Shown: positions 1-12,752, numbered from the stretch's first letter. The stretch: 64,000 nucleotides of DNA from Octopus vulgaris (GCA_951406725.2 OX597820.1:119660001-119724000), one strand, 5' to 3'. Program-made: numbers and translations. The notes: generated by a model from the sequence alone, not told the origin.

Positions 1-696
1 TGTGCTTATCCATCTCTTTGACGTTTTCACAGACCTAACCTAAGTGAATAAATGTTTAAGGGAATACCCTCTCAGGTTTAGAATGCATTTTTATTCTCTG
101 CAAAAAGTGAGTACGTTTTGACATTTATTAAAAATCTCGAACGTGCTTAGATATATTCCATTTATATTTCTGGTTCTGAGAAATTAATTTTATGCTGTAA
201 TAAGAAGTGTTCCATGTCTGTAGCCTGCGCAATATTTACCATAGGAAATGTATTTCTTGCATGGAGGATTGCTTTCGAAGTCACTGTCAAAACAATGACT
301 AACCTTTGGTATCTTGCAATTGTTGTTATTTAGTGCAATCTAATTGGATACATTTGGTACAATCGAAAACTTTCCGTCCGTGGCTAACTCGACATTTTAA
401 AAATATATGGACTACTTTTACTTGCTCTTTTGAATATGATTTGAGGTAATTTAGCTACTATGTCTTGCCAGCCGGACAAGTGAATGCGTACAAGCTTACT
501 GCGTAGTTATTTTTATTGTTAGTGTTGTTGTGGCAGTTTAAAGTGTTGTCGTTGTTGTTGTTGTTGCTCTTTCCATGTGCTGTTATTGTAGTTATTGGCT
601 GGAATAGCAGTGGTGGCGATTGTTGTGAGGTTACAGGATTCTTTTAGCTTTTTTTTCTGTTGTTGTTTTTTGTTATTTTAGTTTTGTTACGTTATT

Positions 697-911
697 TTTA
701 GTTAGTTAATATTTTGGCTCAAAAAGCAAAAAGCAAGGCCATGTAGGGGGACATGGAGTTATGTACAGGGTAGTGTTCATGCAAAGAGTTCAGGCCATTT
801 GTGGTCGATGGAGACTTTGAACCGAGCGGTCTTCGACATCTTCACTATTTCGTCCAGCAGCTTATTCCACGGATCCGCAACCCGGACGGAGAAAGCCCCT
901 CTCCTTCGATG
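697..911 (-). mobile_element. CR1-type LINE 3' end (5'-truncated), ORF2 C-terminus plus 3'UTR and (TAAC)n tail
   Basis: The reverse strand reads RRRGAFSVRVADPWNKLLDEIVKMSKTARFKVSIDHKWPELFA*, matching the CR1 ORF2 C-terminal pattern F-S-x-R-V-x-x-x-W-N-x-L-P...F-K. It is nearly the same sequence as the copy at 28068-28352. Confidence 0.85.
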
Positions 912-922
912 TAGTAGTAATT

Positions 923-1556
923 TATTTCTTTATTGCCTAGTGGGGGCTAAACATATAGGAGACAAACAAGGACAGACAAAACGATTAAGTCGATTACATC
1001 GACCCCAGCGCGTAACTGGTACTTAATTTATCGACACCGAAAGGATGAAAAGCAAAGTCGACCTCTGCGGAATTTGAACTTAGAACGTAACGGAAGACGA
1101 AATACCTATTTCTTTATTACCCACAAGGGGTTAAACATAGAGGGGACAAACAAGGACAGACATAGGTATTAAGTCGATTATATTGACCCCAGTGCGTAAC
1201 TGGTACTTAATTTATCGACCCCGAAAGGATGAAAGGCAAAGTCGACCTCGGCGGAATTTGAACCCAGAACGTAACGGCAGACGAAATACCGCTAAGCATT
1301 TCGACCGGCGTGCTAGCATTTCTTATTTCTTTACTGCCCACAAGGGGCTACACACAAAGGGAACAAACAATGACAGACAAACGGATCAAGTCGATTACAC
1401 CGACCCTAGTGCGTAACTGGTACTTAATTTATCGATCCCGAAAGGATGAAAGGCAAAGTCGACCTCGGCGGAAGTTGAACTCAGAACGTAACGGCAGACG
1501 AAATACCGTAAAGCATTTCGACCGGCGTGCTAACATTTCTGCCAGCTAACCGCCTT
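923..1556 (-). mobile_element. tRNA-derived SINE family A, tandem array of three units (923-1106, 1107-1322, 1323-1556)
   Basis: Three consecutive copies of the family A body (B-box GTTCAAATTCC; central cctttcatcctttcggggtcgataaa). Only the rightmost unit keeps the GGCGG..GCTGGCAGAA head. Confidence 0.9.
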
Positions 1557-2199
1557 TATTACTTGTAGTAGTAATTGTAAATGTTGTAGTAGTAAAAGTA
1601 GCAGTAGTATTAGTATTAGTAGTGGTAGTGGTTGTTGTTGCCTCATTGCCATTGTATCTGTCGGTGCTTCTGTCTTGATACTGTTGTTCTTGTTGTTCTC
1701 GTTTCTCATATTTTTTCCTCCCTCACCTCTCCATTTCGGCCTCTCATTGTTTGATAGTTATTCTTTTATTATTTCATTCCTTGCATTTGTTTTCAATCTT
1801 CAGCTGAATGTCCGCTTGACAGCGGCTGCATATGACAATGGGTGGAGGAGAGAATCCGTAGAGCGAGATAGAGATATGCAAAAATTGAAGAAACAAAAAA
1901 AATCCAAAATCCAAAAGCCAAACGCCAAAATAAAAAACGGTCATAAAAAAAAAACAGTACAACGTTATACGTGCTATTTTGGTGTGTACCGGTTCCAATG
2001 TGGAGACTCATGTCATTGTTTTCTTTGTTTTTTTTTTTTTTGTTTGGTTGTTTGTAACTGTAATTGTGGATATCTGCATGGATTTGTCTTTTTTTTCGGG
2101 TTTTTTTTTTGTTTTGCATAGGTGTGTGAGTGTGTGTGGGGTGGGGATGTTTAAAATACGCATGTTATCATGAAAAAGACAGCTCTGAGAGACAACGAT

Positions 2200-2225
2200 G
2201 AGAGCGACAACGACGGTGATGAAAG

Positions 2226-2280
<55 letters not shown>

Positions 2281-2560
2281 ATTGGAAATGATGACGTTGA
2301 TGCGTAAGAAGATGAATGTTGTGATGATTATTAGAGACTGATAATATGATCGCTATAAGCATGATGCCGATGATGATGATGATGATGATGATGCCTACAG
2401 TGTTGATGGGGGTCTCTAAGAAAACATCAAATTTAAATTTCTTCTTCTTCTTCTTCTTCTTCTTCTTCTTCTTCTTCTTCTTCTTCTTCTTCTTCTTCTT
2501 CTTCCTCCTCCTCCTCCTTCTTCTTATTCTCATTGTTATTATTATTATTATCAATATTAT
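2200..2560. repeat. Compound trinucleotide microsatellites (GAT)n, (TTC)n, (ATT)n
   Basis: Directly visible. These are the source of the poly-H/K/E/F ORFs. Confidence 0.95.
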
Positions 2561-2568
2561 TTTCATCA

Positions 2569-2750
2569 GGCGGCGAGCTGGCAGAATCTTTAGCCCGTTG
2601 GGCGAAATGTTTAGCTGTATTTCGTCTACCGCCACGTTCTGAGTTCAAGTTCCGCTCAGGTCGACTTTGCCATTCACCCTCCCGGGATCGATAAATGAAG
2701 TACCAGAGAAACACTGGAGTCGATGTAATCGAATTATTTCCTCCCCACAA
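2569..2750 (+). mobile_element. SINE family A (older copy)
   Basis: Head ggcggcgagctggcagaa, then gagttcaagttccgc and gatcgataaatgaagtaccag. Confidence 0.85.
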
Positions 2751-2807
2751 AAAAATGTCTACAGGGGTGGCAACATTTGATGCCCTTATTGTTATTACTA
2801 TTGTTAG

Positions 2808-2990
2808 AGCAGCGAGCTGACTGAACTTTTAACTCGCAGAGTATTTCGTCCATTTTTACGATCCGAGTTCAAATTCCGCTGAGATCGATTTTACCATTCA
2901 CCCTTTGGGGTTCTTTCGGGTTCTTTAGGAGTCTATAAAATACGAACCAGTTGAACACTGGGGTAGATGTAATCGACTTAAACTTTCTCC
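2808..2990 (+). mobile_element. SINE family A, degenerate
   Basis: gcagcgagctga...gagttcaaattccgctgagatcga...ccagttgaacactggggtagatgtaatcgact. Confidence 0.7.
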
Positions 2991-4451
2991 AACTAGACGG
3001 GATTTAAAGGGACACCATCCTGACTAAGAACAGGACAACACACGCCTTTCTCAACGAACATCCTCAATTACCTATCTTGGAAGTTTTTCCGATTGGCGGA
3101 CATTGATTGAGATTAGTATGAATAAATGGCCGTGGACTGGGGCCAAATTTGAAACAAATGTTACTTGTTCAGCAAACGCCTCTCAGAAGACATAGATGAG
3201 AGAATCTCTGATACGACGTAGAGAAATGTAATGATGCAGTTTACTGCTTCCAAAAACGAAGATTCAGCGCCAAACCATTGGGTGAAATTGTTGTCCATAT
3301 ATATCTGTGATGCATGTGCTAACCACTGTGTGCGCCAGACACATACAATAGTTAGGAAATATAATCTTTATGACGATATAAGGGATACCAAATAAATCTA
3401 AGAAGAACTGGGGAGAGTTGGTCTGGGAAAATGAGAAGAGACTTGCGATTCATAATGGTACCCGAAGGTTACAAGGTTATACCAGAAACGTACTCAATTT
3501 AGAGCGCTGAGCTAAAGCAAATAATAACTGTGCGGGGAAATAGGGCTAATCGATACTCATGTCTTAGTAAGCTTTATAAAGATGTTTGCCCGTAAGAAAG
3601 AATATACAAGACACTAAAACGAGACAGAAAAGGATTGGAGGCCAGGAGAAGCAATACGAAACGCAGGATTCCAGTTTCGGGATCAGCTGTAGCCATCGCT
3701 CTGGAAATATCATAAATGACATGGAACCCTTTTAAAAGCGACAAGCTATTAGATGCCTTTTCAGATGGGACTACTAATCGTCAGCAAAAGTCCATCGCAT
3801 TTTGACAAGGGAAAAGATGATAGCTGCAGAAACTGCGAGAACAAATATAAAGAAATAAAATATAAAATGTCATAATTAAACAAATAAAACTGCGACGCAG
3901 AGTGCGGCATAAAATGAAGGCCGGGTCAAGAACAACCTTTGTAAAGCAATGCAGTGATGTTCGTCAGAATAATGGTTAAAATCATGATGCGGCGACTGGA
4001 AATTTGGACTCAACTTTCTTCGAAATACAAACAGGCAATTACAGGACGAAATCAGGGGTCAATGCAAGACAAATCAACATAACTAATTAAACCGTTGAGT
4101 TGGTCAAGAAAACACACACATACACCCCACCACACACACACACAAACACATTCATTTCTACATATATAATAAATGAGTTCGTACGTGCAAGAAGGCCGTT
4201 AGGACAGCTTAAAGTAACAGGTAACTACCCTTTAAATAACCTTTAAAAGACGGAGAAAAAAGGGGACAGCAATCATCGACAGGGAATCGAAACCTGCACT
4301 TCTCACATTCCAGCTCAGCTTGCTGGTCACTTTTCGAACGAGTATTTACCTAATTCTTTAAGTTTTCCTCAAAACCATCTTGCGTTCGCGATCCCCATTA
4401 TTTTCTTCTGTATATTACCTAAACATCCGGCGCTTATCAGTTTGTTTACAA

Positions 4452-4513
4452 TACATACATACATACATACATACATACACACAGACACACACACATACAC
4501 ACACACACACACA

Positions 4514-4580
<67 letters not shown>

Positions 4581-4794
4581 GATAAAGGGGCGATGTGTTG
4601 GCAAATAATAAACAGAAAATTGTCTCAAGTGAGAGGGGTGCATTGTCAGAAATGATAAATTGAAATAAATAATGTTTTAAAAGAAGCATAACAAAATTTA
4701 TGCAAAGAGAACGCATATAATACGGGAATCCAGAGCTCTACAATGTATTCCCAAACACAGACATCGACTCATATAAGAACACACACACACGCAC

Positions 4795-4828
<34 letters not shown>

Positions 4829-5114
4829 TGTTATAAATGCAATAATGTCTATAAATAAGTTATAGGGAATAATGCAGAAGTACCCTAGGGTATGTGCAGT
4901 TGAAAGGGGCAGAGATTATGATGATGATGATGATAAAAACAATGCTACTAATAACATGTTATTGGAATAGAAGTGTTTTATATTTGTTGAGTTGTGTGAT
5001 CGTCGTAGAAGAAGCTTCTGAAATGTTGGTTGCTGAAAGTTTTGATCTCCTTAACGCTACATCACGCCATAGTCACTGTCACTCGTAAGCCTACCGCATA
5101 GCACACCACGTCTG

Positions 5115-5184
<70 letters not shown>

Positions 5185-5185
5185 G

Positions 5186-5217
<32 letters not shown>

Positions 5218-5221
5218 CATG

Positions 5222-5263
<42 letters not shown>

Positions 5264-5269
5264 CATATA

Positions 5270-5301
<32 letters not shown>

Positions 5302-5302
5302 C

Positions 5303-5337
<35 letters not shown>

Positions 5338-5650
5338 CATACATATAAATATATATATATATATAAAACAAGTGCGCGTGTTTGTGCACATATGAACATA
5401 AATAATATACATGTATGCATATATATATGTATATATATATATATATGTGTGTGTGTGTTAATAAACATGTCATATATATATGTATATACATATATCTATA
5501 TCTATCTCTCTATTTATATGTATATATTTATGCACATACACACGCACACACACACACACACACATATATATACTCACACGCATGCACACAGACATCCTTA
5601 GATAAGTGTGAATGTATGAATGTACATACGTGTGTGTGTGTGTGCGGGTG
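4452..5650. repeat. Cluster of (CATA)n, (CA)n and (TA)n microsatellites
   Basis: Directly visible, with main tracts at 4452-4580, 4780-4828 and 5116-5575. Confidence 0.95.
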
Positions 5651-6404
5651 GGGGGTGTTCATAAATATACCTTTATAAAGTATGAGGGTCTTGAATTTGT
5701 AATTTGTTCGCAAATGGTTCTCTCCACATAAATTTCCCGATATCTCATAAGAGGAATCTTCTCATCGCTTCGCTAAACACATCTCTACTTTCTTCAGATT
5801 TCTTTCACGTATTCTTTCGCATATTTATTATTTTTATTCCTTTTTGCTACTCTGGCTATTTTTTTTCTCTTGTTTTTGCTTTTGCTCTTCTTCCTTCAAA
5901 TATTATTCTTCATGTTGTTATTTTTTATTAATATTATCATTATTGTTATTAATATAAGCCTCATCAGTTGACTGTCAGCGGTTCTCAACTACTTGGAGAT
6001 GCATACAAACTCAGAAACAGTGACAGCTAGACACGCATGCGCGTGTTACACACTCGTACACCCTCATGCTCATGTTAAATAGTTAGATTTTCTTTTTGTG
6101 TAATTTAGTTAGAAATTCACTCAGGTTAACAACACAACCTTCACTATTAATAAAAGTCATAACAAGACCATGGACGCCTAAAATTATGAACGCAGTAACA
6201 GTTATAACAGCCAGAAACAAAAAGGATTCTTTGTGAATCGTTTTACGTTCGTCTAAGAATACAGACGTTCAATGAAATATCCAAGGAAAGCAAACGAGCT
6301 GGCGATTGTTCTTATCCAAAATATTATATCAATTTCAAGTTTTGGCAGTATAGTGCCAGTCCTCTGCCGTTACACACTTTGTAATATTCGATTTAAGTTT
6401 TGAG

Positions 6405-6632
6405 ACTGTGTGTCTGGGTCTGTGTGTCTGTGTTTGTCCCCCCAACATCGCTTGACAACCGATGCTGGTGTGTTTATGTCCCCGTAACTTAGCGGTTCGG
6501 CTAAAGAGACCGATAGAATAAGTACTAGGCTTACAAAGAATAAGTCCTGGGGTCGATTTGCTCGACTAAAAGGTGGTGCTCCAGCATGGCCTCAGTCAAA
6601 TGCCTCAAACAAGTAGAAGAGTAAAGAGTAAA
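6405..6632 (+). mobile_element. SINE family B, 3' half
   Basis: gtttgtccccccaacatcgcttgacaaccgatgctgg...ggtgctccagcatggcc...(agtaaag)n tail, matching the full copies such as 39826-40220. Confidence 0.9.
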
Positions 6633-6633
6633 G

Positions 6634-6828
6634 AGACAAGGCTAGCATTTTCGGAGGTGGGATTAAGTCGATTACATCGACCTCGGTGCCCAACTGCTAC
6701 TTATTTTACCGACCCCGAAAAGATGACAGGCAAAGTCGACCTCGGCAGAATTTGAACTCAGAATGATGGACGAACGTTTTGGAAAAATTTAGCTGGGTGT
6801 GCTAACGATTCTGCCAGCTCGCCGCCCT
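6634..6828 (-). mobile_element. SINE family A
   Basis: Ends in ctgccagctcgccgcc (reverse complement of the head) and contains aatttgaactc (reverse complement of the B-box). Confidence 0.85.
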
Positions 6829-7129
6829 AATCTCTCTAAGTATATTAATCAGAGGTAACCTGATCAAATGAACAACGACTTTTTCTAAGACAAATACGTG
6901 GAAGTAAATACCAGGTATGAGGTCGGAATATTTAAATTATACGAGTCATCAAAATTCCCACATCCAATTGAACATCTTTTCTTCATGTTCTCACGGAGAT
7001 GGGGCGCAATACAGAAATACACACATGATATAATCATTTAACGGAACAACATTTTCTTGGGCTGTCTTTTATGGTTAACATTCCAAATTGTTCTAAATTC
7101 AGACTTATTTTGCAACAAAGATGTTTCTA

Positions 7130-7340
7130 ATTCAAATGCGAACAATAATCTCGAAACTGCAGTCCATGAGTATCACTTAGGTTTTCGAGAGGGGATGACC
7201 TCCCTTTGCGAATATCATTAAAGGGCACAGGATTGTGTCTAAAGTCAGCTGGAGACGATGATCTCCTGGGGCTAAAAAGCTACAGTAACACCCCCACCCC
7301 TAGTGGTTAGCCATATTAAGATGGCTAGTATACTTTACGA
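7130..7340 (+). mobile_element. Penelope-like LTR fragment with the 3' half of a hammerhead (GAAAC-TGCA-GTC)
   Basis: Related sequence occurs inverted at 57545-57675 and 60240-60380. The cgaaactgcagtc at about 7152-7164 is a hammerhead stem III plus GUC. The CUGANGA half is missing. Confidence 0.5.
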
Positions 7341-8195
7341 AATAAATATTATCTTCCTTTAAAATTCTTCTTGAAATATAGCTGTGCAGTTCCCAGTCTA
7401 ATAACAGACTATAGTATGAAAGCAAATCGCTGAGCTCATTTTGGGGGTCAGCTGTCAACTTAAGCATCCTCAGTTTATTATGCAGCATGAAGTTCATTAA
7501 GTTCATGCAGCATTAAGTTCATTTCACTGAAAATGATGCAGAAAAACCCCCAAAAGACAGCAACAGGGCACATATGAGTCACCGAGTGGGCTAATGCATG
7601 GAAAGACAAAGTTGTCTAATTAGACAAAATAGTCTAATTTCCCTTACTTTTCTTAACAGCGGGGACGGATAATATACTTCTAAATACACTGATGTAAAAA
7701 AAAAACAGACAGAGAGGGACAAAAAAAAAAGCACTTAGATTTGATCAAAAATCTTCTTCCTCACATCCACATCGTTGCTATAGAACTATTGCATTAACGA
7801 CTCAATTATTATACATAAAAGACAAGGGTACGTGAAAGTGAACTTAGTATTTTAAAACGCAATGCAAGCAGAAGGAAGTACATGGAGCCATGTCTGATGA
7901 ACCTTATTTGAGACGATTCAATGTAAGCTATAGAACAACAAATCCCAAAACAAGAACAACATAAATATATACTGCTTCAATAACAGAAATTCCTGTGCGA
8001 ATAATGAAGCCGCTACGTTGCTAATTCCCATGTTAAAAATGAGCTGTCTCTATTTCTTAAATCATATTCTGATATAATGTGTTGCGAAAGAAAGAGAAGA
8101 AGCAATTTTTGATAAGTTTGTTTTAAAACATGTTTGAAGAGACGATAATGTCCATTTTCAAAACGCCTTTCATTGTAGGACTAATATGTTGTTAG

Positions 8196-8575
8196 TGGAG
8201 GCGCAATGGCCCAGTGGTTAGGGCAGCGGACTCGCGGTCGTAGGATCGCGGTTTCGATTCCCAGACCGGGCGTTGTGAGTGTTTATTGAGCGAAAACACC
8301 TAAAGCTCCACGAGGCTCCGGCAGGGGGTGGTGGCGATCCCTACTATACTCTTTCACCACAACTTTCTCTCACTCTTACTTCCTGTTTCTGTTGTACCTG
8401 TATTTCAAAGGGCCAGCATTGTCACTCTCTGTGTCACGCTGAATATCCCCGAGAATTACGTTAAGGGTACACGTGTCTGTGGAGTGCTCAGCCACTTACA
8501 CGTTAATTTCACAAGCAGGCTGTTCCGTTGATCGGATCAACCGGAACCCTCGTCGTCGTAACCGACGGAGTGCTT
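8196..8575 (+). mobile_element. SINE family C (tRNA-like head, tail type 1), full length with 15-bp TSD
   Basis: A-box tggcccagtgg and B-box-like gtttcgattcc. Exact TSD ctaatatgttgttag at 8181-8195 and 8576-8590. Confidence 0.95.
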
Positions 8576-9429
8576 CTAATATGTTGTTAGCTGCTCTGGT
8601 GGTAAATACCCTACCAACAATATTAGCAGCACAGACGACATTTATTGGCCCATCTTTAAAGAGCCGCATCTTAACAGAAATAGTTAATGAAGTACCAACA
8701 GTTTCCTCATCATTCATCAATCTGTTCGTTTAATGTATTACTTGACCACAGAAAAAATAGACTATAAAACACAGAAAACACACGCCCTGTATCTATTATC
8801 TTGCACACGTTGCATGAAATAATGTGATATTAGGTTGCAATTTCGGACCAGATTAGCATTTCACATGGAAACATATGACGATGTAGTCAAATACAGCTTC
8901 ATACAAGTAACCCCTACCCCTAACAGAACAAAAAAAAAAGAAAGAAAAACGAAAACGGAAAAATCATTCCAGTGGAGCCAGATGATATTTACATATTGTA
9001 GTGAATTTACAATCAACCTTGCTTTAGAAATAATCTCAGCTAGAATGACTTTCTGAGTTGCTATGTTTCTTCTTCGGATAAAATAAATTTATACCATAGT
9101 TAAAAAAAAGTGAAGCAGCTAAATGTTACAGCATTCAGAAATAGGTTCTATTTTTGAGGAGGTATTTATGGTATTTGATGAAAAAAAGTTATATATTTGA
9201 CAAGAAATATATGTTCTATTTTTGACAAGAAATATAGATTATATATTTGATAAAAATAAGATATTGTGTATTTGACAAGGAAGATATTGTATAATTGATA
9301 AGACAGATATATATTTGACAAGTAAAAATATTATTTAATCGATAAGAAAGATATATATTTAGGAAGTCATGCGTCGTATATTTGATGAAAAAGTTCTTGT
9401 ATATTTGATATCTGTGACATTTGTCTAGT

Positions 9430-9630
9430 AAAACATTGTATATATACATACATGCATACGTATATATATATACAAATATACATAATACATAATACAAACA
9501 TACATATATACTTACACACACGTACATATATATACATATACACATGTACACATATACACATGTATATATATGTGTGTATATAGATATATTTATATATGTA
9601 TATATACACATATACATCTATGTATATATA

Positions 9631-9662
<32 letters not shown>

Positions 9663-9675
9663 CATATATATATAC

Positions 9676-9737
<62 letters not shown>

Positions 9738-9750
9738 CACACACGCACAC
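9430..9750. repeat. (TA)n/(TATG)n microsatellite
   Basis: Directly visible. Confidence 0.95.
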
Positions 9751-9796
9751 ATGTAAGGAAGATGCAGCTTATATACGTCAAGCAGGATATCATATA

Positions 9797-10228
9797 TAGT
9801 ACCGTGCAAAATGGCAAAGCAAACGTTTTCAGTCACCTCACACCAATCAAGACACAGTGTTTTAAAACAGAAAAATACTATAACAAAAATTGATTACATA
9901 ATTTTCATTTCATGAAGTTACTGTACATTGTTAATATTTCATGCGGCTTCTATTAGCTTGAATAATTGCTTCAGCGTGTCTGGAAAGAGATGCGTACAAA
10001 TCTTTCCCCATCTTCACAGATATGAAATACTATTCTCTCTGGTGGAGGTCCCACAACTCTTTGAGATTACGTGGGTTCCTCTGACAAACTCTTCTTTTTA
10101 GTTCAGTTAACATTTTCTCAATAATATTTAAGTTAGTGTTCTGAGTTTGCCAATCTTTCAAAACGATAACACCTTCTGTAAGAAAACAAAACATCACACA
10201 ACATATGAAAAATAATTCATTGCAAACC

Positions 10229-10230
<2 letters not shown>
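9797..10230 (-). mobile_element. Tc1-family DNA transposon 3' fragment (pseudogenised transposase C-terminus)
   Basis: The reverse strand reads VIVLKDWQTQNTNLNIIEKMLTELKRRVCQRNPRNLKELW...AEAIIQANRSRMKY*, a decayed Tc1 WPxQSPDLNxIENxW.xLKRRV...xTKY. A probable TIR begins tagtaccgtgcaaaa at about 9797. Confidence 0.75.
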
Positions 10231-10265
<35 letters not shown>

Positions 10266-10359
10266 CAAAGGGTAAAATTAATTAATTAACCAGTAATCAA
10301 TCATTTCACCAAGTAGAATTCGGCATGAAAAAGGACCATTTCACGGTAAACTAAAGTAA

Positions 10360-10528
10360 TACTTTATGATAGGTTTCATGAAAGATTTGCTTTACCACAT
10401 ACCGAAGTTTAGAAATAGCAGCCAAAGAACCTTTTTAAAGTAGAGGAAATTGCTAAGGTTCATTGGTTGCTATTTCTAAACTTCGGTATCTGGTAAAGCA
10501 AATCTTTGCTGAACCCTATTATAAAGTA
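10360..10528. repeat. Long inverted repeat (about 74-bp arms, 21-bp spacer)
   Basis: Arm 10360-10433 matches the reverse complement of 10455-10528 with about 7 mismatches. (TA)n lies at both ends of the larger block. Confidence 0.95.
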
Positions 10529-10544
10529 TATATATATATATATA

Positions 10545-10720
10545 TGGAACAAATATACGTGGAACAAATATAGTATTATTGGACGCTCAAGAAAGAAGGA
10601 AAGAAGGAGGGTTTAACGTTTCGAGCAGAGCTCTTCGTCGGAAACATAGGAGAAGGAAAGATCCAGAGAAGGGAAGACAGAGGAAAAAAATCGCCAACGG
10701 TACACACGGGGTCACATATG
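10545..10720 (-). mobile_element. Penelope-like LTR fragment with minimal hammerhead variant (10611-10645)
   Basis: The reverse strand reads gttt-CCGACGA-a-gagc-tct-gctc-GAAAC-GT-T-aaac. A second copy lies at 19632-19795. Confidence 0.75.
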
Positions 10721-10722
10721 AA

Positions 10723-10753
<31 letters not shown>

Positions 10754-11344
10754 ACATAAGTTTTAAATGCATAACAGTTAATACAAAACATGCGGGATTG
10801 TTTTATCGCATGTACTCTGTAACATTCCCAAACTCTAGTCTCATGCGAAATGGTACGAATACAATAAACCGGAAACAATACAACTCAGCTTTAAAAAGCG
10901 GTAGTTCGATATCCAATTTTTAAATTGCACGATTGTCAAGACTCGCCTATCTTTGGTATTTCCCATTGACACCGGCTGAGAAGCTAAATGTATCGATTTC
11001 TGGTTATCTGTCAGGTGGCAGGACTGGACAGATATACTGTCTTTACACTAATTTTAACCACAAGAGAGGATTTCCGGCCCCTACCCGAGAAGCTGAAATA
11101 CATTTGTCTTTAGCAGTTGGAATATGTCCCAACCATATTTTAACTAACTTAAACTAAACTACGCTTATGTTTAAACACTGCTTGGTGCTGATATTACTGT
11201 AATAATACATACATACATACATGCATACATACATACATACATAAATATATGTGTGTGTGTGTGTGCGTGTGTGTGTGTATACATAACCAAGGAAAAGATC
11301 CATTATTTCCTTTAAAGATATAGAAAACATTGAATTTTCGCTGG

Positions 11345-11512
11345 TCTCTCTCTATCCGCTCAGTCGAAGTCGACTCTCGGTTACTCGATGGATCAGTGTC
11401 CTCCAGTCAGTTCTATCCTGGACCGCTTCTTTCAGATTGGCTATGTCCATTCCGGTATCACTCCTGATGGTGTGAAGCCAGCGGGTTCTTGGCCGGCCTA
11501 TTTCTCTTCCTC
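11345..11512 (-). mobile_element. RTE (BovB-like) LINE 3' end
   Basis: The reverse strand reads GREIGRPRTRWLHTIRSDTGMDIANLKEAVQDRTDWRTLIHRVTESRLRLSG*, the classic RTE/BovB C-terminus (GRxxxRWLD...DRxxWR...SRxRL). Confidence 0.9.
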
Positions 11513-11664
11513 TTTCGCTGGTACTCCACTTAAATACGAGAAATGAAAGGGTATAATTACAATACTAAAATATTAAAGGAAATAGAGAAATATAATTAAC
11601 ATATTAGAAATTTATTTACATTATAATATAATATGATATACTATAAAAATATATAATATTTCGT

Positions 11665-11775
11665 GTTAATATTTCGTGTGGCTTCCATTCGCTTGAATAA
11701 TTGCTTCAATGTGTCTGGGAAGAGATGCATGCAAATCCTTCACCATCTTCACAGATATGAAATACTATTCTCTTT
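11665..11775 (-). mobile_element. Second fragment of the Tc1 element seen at 9797-10230
   Basis: About 110 bp closely matching 9929-10037. Confidence 0.75.
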
Positions 11776-11904
11776 GGGTGAAAGATAAAAGATATAATAT
11801 AATATAATATAATATCTCCCCCCCCCAAAAAACGAATATAAATCCACCAGTCTGTTTCGACTGATATCCACTATGGAAATTATTTGCCTGGTTTTTTGAA
11901 CAAA

Positions 11905-11973
11905 TAGCATCCTGAGGAGAATCATGTGCATAAATTCATTTGTGAATATGAGTCGAAACAAATTGTAGGTTAT
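11905..11973 (+). ncRNA. Type I hammerhead ribozyme motif with long stem II, in a PLE-like LTR (about 11830-12090)
   Basis: CTGAGGA at 11912-11918, a 16-bp stem II with 2 mismatches (11919-11954), GAAA at 11955-11958, stem III ACA/TGT and a GUA cleavage triplet (A11967). Stem I is only about 3 bp contiguous. Confidence 0.75.
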
Positions 11974-12094
11974 ATATTTGTTTTAATTATTTGTTATATT
12001 GTATCTTTGTATAGTATATAATATATTATAATGTAAATAAATTCTTAATATGTCAACTGTATTTCTCTATTTCCTTTAATATTTGTAAATATAT

Positions 12095-12164
<70 letters not shown>

Positions 12165-12213
12165 ATATATACACACATATGTACATATATACATATTTAT
12201 AATGTATTTTATA

Positions 12214-12268
<55 letters not shown>

Positions 12269-12329
12269 ACATATTTACAAATATTAAAGGAATAGAGAAA
12301 TAGTTGACATATTAAGAATTTAATAATTA

Positions 12330-12376
12330 TGCCCCAGCATGCCACAGCTCATAAGCTGAAACTGGAATCAATCAAT

Positions 12377-12380
<4 letters not shown>
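12330..12380 (+). mobile_element. Extreme 3' tip of a CR1-group LINE with (AATC)n tail
   Basis: gccccagcatgccacagctcataagctgaaac resembles the 3' end of the LINE at 57295-57512 and the SINE B tail. Confidence 0.55.
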
Positions 12381-12414
<34 letters not shown>

Positions 12415-12417
<3 letters not shown>

Positions 12418-12750
12418 GGCGCATGGCTCAGTGGTTAGAGCGTCGAGCTTACGATCGTGAGGTTGTGAGCTCGAATCCCGGACCGGGCTGCGTGTTGTGT
12501 TCTTGAGCAAGACACTTTATTTCACGTTGCTCCAGTTCACTCAGCTGTAGTAATGAGTTGCGACGTCACAGGTGCCGCGCTGTATCGACCTTTGTCTTTC
12601 CCTTGGATAACACTGGTGGCGTGGAGAGGGGAGGCCGGTATGCATGGGCGACTACTGGTCTTCCATAAAACAACCTTGCCCAGACTTGTGCCTCAGAGGG
12701 TAACTCTCTAGGTGCAAACCCATGGTCACTCATGACCGAAGGGGGTCTTT
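12415..12750 (+). mobile_element. SINE family D (tRNA-like head plus CORE-like central segment)
   Basis: A-box tggctcagtggttagagc and B-box-like gctcgaatccc, then gtgttcttgagcaagacacttt...cactcagctgtag. It is inserted in (TA)n. Confidence 0.85.
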
Positions 12751-12752
12751 AA

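Noticed and set aside
1183-1549. Recurrent ORFs such as RNWYLIYRPRKDERQSRPRRNLN and [29 protein letters not shown] (many places)
   Set aside because: They are antisense readings of SINE families A and B, not a protein family.
923-1556. CRISPR-like or prokaryotic repeat array
   Set aside because: The units are SINE copies of about 200 bp without unique spacers, and the sequence is eukaryotic.
7235-7325. Possible SECIS, twister or hatchet motif in the ggggctaaaaagctacagtaacacc repeat
   Set aside because: The SECIS AUGA/GA spacing is not met and AUGA is absent in the 60240-60330 relative. Twister and hatchet conserved elements could not be placed.
12417-12490. tRNA-like sequences (also 8198-8272, 14750-14825)
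   Set aside because: They are SINE heads that continue into repeat bodies with TSDs or tails, and the acceptor stems do not close as in real tRNAs.
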